10,142 bases of DNA from Chlamydiia bacterium (lineage in GTDB: Bacteria; Chlamydiota; Chlamydiia; Chlamydiales; JAAKFQ01), in the NCBI GenBank assembly GCA_041688145.1, contig JBDNIV010000049.1, positions 1 through 10,142 of the forward strand, read 5' to 3'. The notes beneath the pieces were generated by a model that saw only the letters and a program-made list of their open reading frames with translations, was not told where the DNA came from and searched no databases. Made by a program: the position numbers and the translations under genes. Below are positions 7,436 to 10,142 of this stretch, piece by piece. The first letter of the stretch is position 1, and each line of letters starts with the position of its first letter.

Positions 7436-7996
7436 ATGGTAACTTTAAGTACAGAAAATAGATTAGCTAAGAGTAAAGGTGAGGCAAAAGGCCTTCGTCG
7501 CAGTAAAAAAATTCCTGCGATCCTATATGGAATGAAAGGAGAAAATCTCAATATTACTGTGGATTTACCTGCTTTTGAAGCGGTGCTTCGTGAAATCCCT
7601 AAAGGGAGCCTTTCTACTACGAAATTTGAGCTTGATATAGCTGGCAAAAAACAGCCTGCTGTTGTCAAAGAGATTCAATATTCACGTATAGGATACAACA
7701 TCTTGCACCTCGATTTTGAAGCTTTAGATGAAAAAGCTACAATCAATGTGAATGTGCCTATTCGCATCAAAGGTGATATGGACTGTGTAGGTATTAAGCT
7801 AGGTGGTGTTCTTCGCCGTGTGATTCGCTCTGTACGTGTAAATTGCCTACCTAAAGATATGCCAACGCATTTTACACTGGATGTAGCTTCCTTGGGAGTA
7901 AAGCAGTCTAAACGCGTAAGCGACATTGATGTGCCTGAAGGCGTGCGTATGCTTTCAGCTGCAGGTGAAGTGGTTGTCCTTATTGCGAAGAGGTAA
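7436..7996 (+). CDS. rplY: 50S ribosomal protein bL25 / general stress protein Ctc (two-domain form)
   Basis: LRRSKKIPAILYG, VKEIQY, ILHLDF, VNVPI, GIKLGG, CLPKDMP. True start is the ATG at 7436; the ORF-track start at 7343 lies inside the tRNA. Confidence 0.96.
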   Translation: MVTLSTENRLAKSKGEAKGLRRSKKIPAILYGMKGENLNITVDLPAFEAVLREIPKGSLSTTKFELDIAGKKQPAVVKEIQYSRIGYNILHLDFEALDEKATINVNVPIRIKGDMDCVGIKLGGVLRRVIRSVRVNCLPKDMPTHFTLDVASLGVKQSKRVSDIDVPEGVRMLSAAGEVVVLIAKR

Positions 7997-7998
7997 GT

Positions 7999-8577
7999 GT
8001 GGAGGAGAAGAGGTCTCTTATCGTAGGTCTTGGTAATCCAGGGATGCGCTACACAGACACTCGCCACAACTTTGGTTTTATGGTTCTTAAAGCTTTTGCG
8101 GATAAAATCGGCATAAGCTTTAAGACAGAAAGTAAGTTTTCAGGAAGCTTGGCTAAGGCAAAGTTAGGGGATTTAGATCTCTTTTTGCTCTTGCCAACGA
8201 CCTACATGAATTTGAGTGGGGAGGCTGTAAAAAAAGCGTTAAGCTTTTTTAAGATCCTACCCCAAAATATGCTTGTCGTATGTGACGATGCTGACATCCC
8301 TTTTGAGACGCTAAGACTGCGTGCAGAGGGAGGGTCAGGAGGACATAACGGCTTAAAAAGCATAACAGAAAAATTAACGAGTTCGAGTTATCCCCGTCTT
8401 CGGATGGGCATTGGGAAGCCGACTCTAGGAGAGCTTGAGAGCTATGTGCTTGAACGCTTCTCTAAAGAGGAGGAGGCTCAATTGCCTAATATCTGTGGAC
8501 GGGCCATCGAAATTGTAACCTGTTGGGCGACCGAAGGGATGGTAAAAGCGCAAGAAAAGCTTGTCGCGCTATCTTAG
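7999..8577 (+). CDS. pth: Peptidyl-tRNA hydrolase
   Basis: IVGLGNPG, TRHNFGF, PTTYMNLSG, GGHNGLKSI, RLRMGIG. GTG start 2 nt after the rplY stop. Confidence 0.97.
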   Translation: MEEKRSLIVGLGNPGMRYTDTRHNFGFMVLKAFADKIGISFKTESKFSGSLAKAKLGDLDLFLLLPTTYMNLSGEAVKKALSFFKILPQNMLVVCDDADIPFETLRLRAEGGSGGHNGLKSITEKLTSSSYPRLRMGIGKPTLGELESYVLERFSKEEEAQLPNICGRAIEIVTCWATEGMVKAQEKLVALS

Positions 8578-8609
8578 AAGGCCCCACACAATTGAAGGGA
8601 TAACCGGTT

Positions 8610-8951
8610 ATGGAAGGAAAAAAACGCCTCTATGAGGGCATGTATATCATAAGTGCACAGCTTAGCGAAGATGCTAGGTCTGGTGTACGTGATAAAATCG
8701 TCAAAGGCATTGAAGCTGAAGGCGGAAAGATTGAGAAGTTGCATGAAATGGGACGCCGCAGGCTGGCCTATGAAGTGTCGGGTCACCGTGAAGGGTATTT
8801 TTACCTCATTTACTTCACTATAGACAGCTTAGCTGTTGACAAACTGTGGAAAGAGTATCGTCTAAATGAAGATCTCATCCGCTTTATGACTTCTACAGCA
8901 GAGGAAGTAAAAGAGTCGCTTGAATTTAAGACCCTAGTCCAAAACAGCTAA
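8610..8951 (+). CDS. rpsF: 30S ribosomal protein bS6
   Basis: YEGMYII, MGRRRLAYEV, EGYFYLIYF, LNEDLIRFM; position before rpsR-rplI. Confidence 0.96.
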   Translation: MEGKKRLYEGMYIISAQLSEDARSGVRDKIVKGIEAEGGKIEKLHEMGRRRLAYEVSGHREGYFYLIYFTIDSLAVDKLWKEYRLNEDLIRFMTSTAEEVKESLEFKTLVQNS

Positions 8952-8963
8952 CGGAGGCCGAAA

Positions 8964-9218
8964 ATGGGACAATCATCACCACCAAACAAACGTAGATTCC
9001 GCACCTCGCGTCCTAAAAAGGCATGCCCTTTTAAGTCTGCAGGTTGGAAGCACATTGACTACAAGGATATCGACACGCTTGAACAGTTTATCACAGAGCG
9101 TGGCAAGATCATCCCAAGACGTATTACAGGCGTATCACGCCATTTCCAAAAACAATTAACTACAGCGATCAAGCGCGCGCGCTATATAGTGCTTTTGCCG
9201 TTTGTGGCAGCTGATTAA
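8964..9218 (+). CDS. rpsR: 30S ribosomal protein bS18
   Basis: [38 protein letters not shown]. Confidence 0.98.
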   Translation: MGQSSPPNKRRFRTSRPKKACPFKSAGWKHIDYKDIDTLEQFITERGKIIPRRITGVSRHFQKQLTTAIKRARYIVLLPFVAAD

Positions 9219-9229
9219 AGGAGCGACCC

Positions 9230-9811
9230 ATGAAACCACAATATTTATTATTAGAAGATGTTGAGGGCTTAGGGCGCACTGGAGATTTAGTAATGGCTAA
9301 GCCTGGCTTTGTTCATAACTATCTTTTGCCTCAGCAAAAAGCCCTTCGCGCTGATAAACGCACGCTGCGTATGCAGTCTCGTTTGCAAGAAGAAAGATCT
9401 AAACAAGCGAAGATCGACCTCGAAGTTTCTAAAAAAATCTCAGAGCAAGTTAAAAACATGGTTCTTGAGACAGAAGTCAAAATCGATCCTGATGGTAGAA
9501 TGTACGGCTCTGTTAGCTCAGCTGACATCTCAGAGCTTTTAAAAGCCAAAGGTATCGATGTAGACAAGCGTTTTGTGCGTTTACACGCACCTTTCAAAGA
9601 AGTAGGTATCCACACTGTAAACCTAAAGCTGAAAGAAGATGTTGAAGCTTTCTTAAAGCTGAAGATCCGCGGTGAAGGTATGACAGATGCTGATCTACAC
9701 GCTATGACAGAGCCTGCTAAAGTAGAAGCTCAGCCTGAAGTAGCAGCTAATGAAGCTGAAATTGCAGACAGTACTGAAAGCACTTCTAAAGATAACCAGA
9801 AAAAAAGCTAA
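9230..9811 (+). CDS. rplI: 50S ribosomal protein bL9 with acidic C-terminal extension
   Basis: LLEDVEGLGRTGDLV, KPGFVHNYLLPQQKA, GRMYGSVS, PFKEVGIHTV. AAGGAG RBS. Confidence 0.97.
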   Translation: MKPQYLLLEDVEGLGRTGDLVMAKPGFVHNYLLPQQKALRADKRTLRMQSRLQEERSKQAKIDLEVSKKISEQVKNMVLETEVKIDPDGRMYGSVSSADISELLKAKGIDVDKRFVRLHAPFKEVGIHTVNLKLKEDVEAFLKLKIRGEGMTDADLHAMTEPAKVEAQPEVAANEAEIADSTESTSKDNQKKS

Positions 9812-9874
9812 ACTTTGCATTTGATGTGCTTTTAAGCCCACAACGTAAAAGCTTACTCGCTGACTAGCGAGAGT

Positions 9875-9904
9875 AAAAAGACCTCTTTTTAAGAGGTCTT
9901 TTTT
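9875..9904. terminator. Rho-independent terminator, potentially bidirectional
   Basis: AAAAAGACCTCTT (9875-9887), TTT loop, AAGAGGTCTTTTT (9891-9903): a perfect 13-bp inverted repeat with a U-tract available on each strand. Confidence 0.9.
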
Positions 9905-9976
9905 ATTGGGCAATTTTTTAGATTTTCTTAATATGTAGTGTGGTCTAAAAAAGTTTAATTTTTTTTTGACACCTTT

Positions 9977-10002
9977 TAAAGCCTTGTGGCATATGGGCTT
10001 TA
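9977..10002. repeat. Inverted repeat TAAAGCC-N12-GGCTTTA at the start of the truncated TPS ORF
   Basis: Arms at 9977-9983 and 9996-10002; ends 1 nt before the ATG at 10004. Confidence 0.6.
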
Positions 10003-10003
10003 T

Positions 10004-10142
10004 ATGAGCCGCATCATGGGCACACTAGAGTCACAAGGCAATGTCTACATCTTAAATCCACAAGGCATCTTTATCGGTAAAGACGCTGTGATTAACGTCG
10101 GCTCTTTAATAGCCTCTACACTAAACATCACAAACGCAGATT
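10004..10142 (+). pseudogene. 5'-truncated filamentous haemagglutinin / TpsA secretion-domain ORF (runs off the window edge; not in ORF track)
   Basis: Manual translation MSRIMGTLESQGNVYILNPQGIFIGKDAVINVGSLIASTLNITNAD matches the TPS pattern SxIxGxLxxxGxVxxxNPxGIxxGxxAxxNVGxLxASTL. In-frame TAA at 9977-9979; no signal peptide or first half of the domain upstream. Family call is strong; pseudogene status is uncertain. Confidence 0.75.

Noticed and set aside
586..9913. Overlapping or antisense ORFs (586-933, 1095-1301, 1692-1925, 2404-2709, 2664-2915, 2928-3131, 4558-4773, 5268-5453, 5926-6120, 6818-7012, 7021-7293, 7333-7668, 7675-8067, 8574-8786, 9309-9542, 9331-9615, 9695-9913)
   Set aside because: Shadow frames of well-supported genes or the tRNA, with no recognisable motifs.
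9926..9941. NrdR-box-like TCTTAATATGTAGTGT
   Set aside because: Lacks the conserved C of the left half, has no second box at the usual spacing, and no nrd gene is in the window.
1..10142. CRISPR array, IS element, prophage or defence system
   Set aside because: No regularly spaced repeats, transposase, integrase, phage or recognisable defence genes seen.

Overview
Core-genome region of a Chlamydiae-type bacterium. The backbone matches the gene order I recall for C. trachomatis CT792-CT803: mutS (partial, minus strand), dnaG, ..., pgsA, glgA, rplY, pth, rpsF, rpsR, rplI, plus a tRNA-Gln(TTG) before rplY. Accessory genes are interleaved: an SDR oxidoreductase bracketed by an exact 11-bp direct repeat, a GT2 glycosyltransferase lacking its DxD motif, a 100-aa orphan with its own promoter, and a translationally coupled cupin + MepB-family pair. 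glyQS and ispE, which flank this block in C. trachomatis, are absent from their usual positions. After the rplI terminator is a filamentous-haemagglutinin/TPS secretion-domain ORF missed by the ORF track. It starts mid-domain, directly after a palindrome, and has atypical codon usage, suggesting a rearrangement junction. I see no clear complete novel system; the SDR cassette and the truncated TPS junction are the best leads. All family calls come from motif recognition, not database searches.
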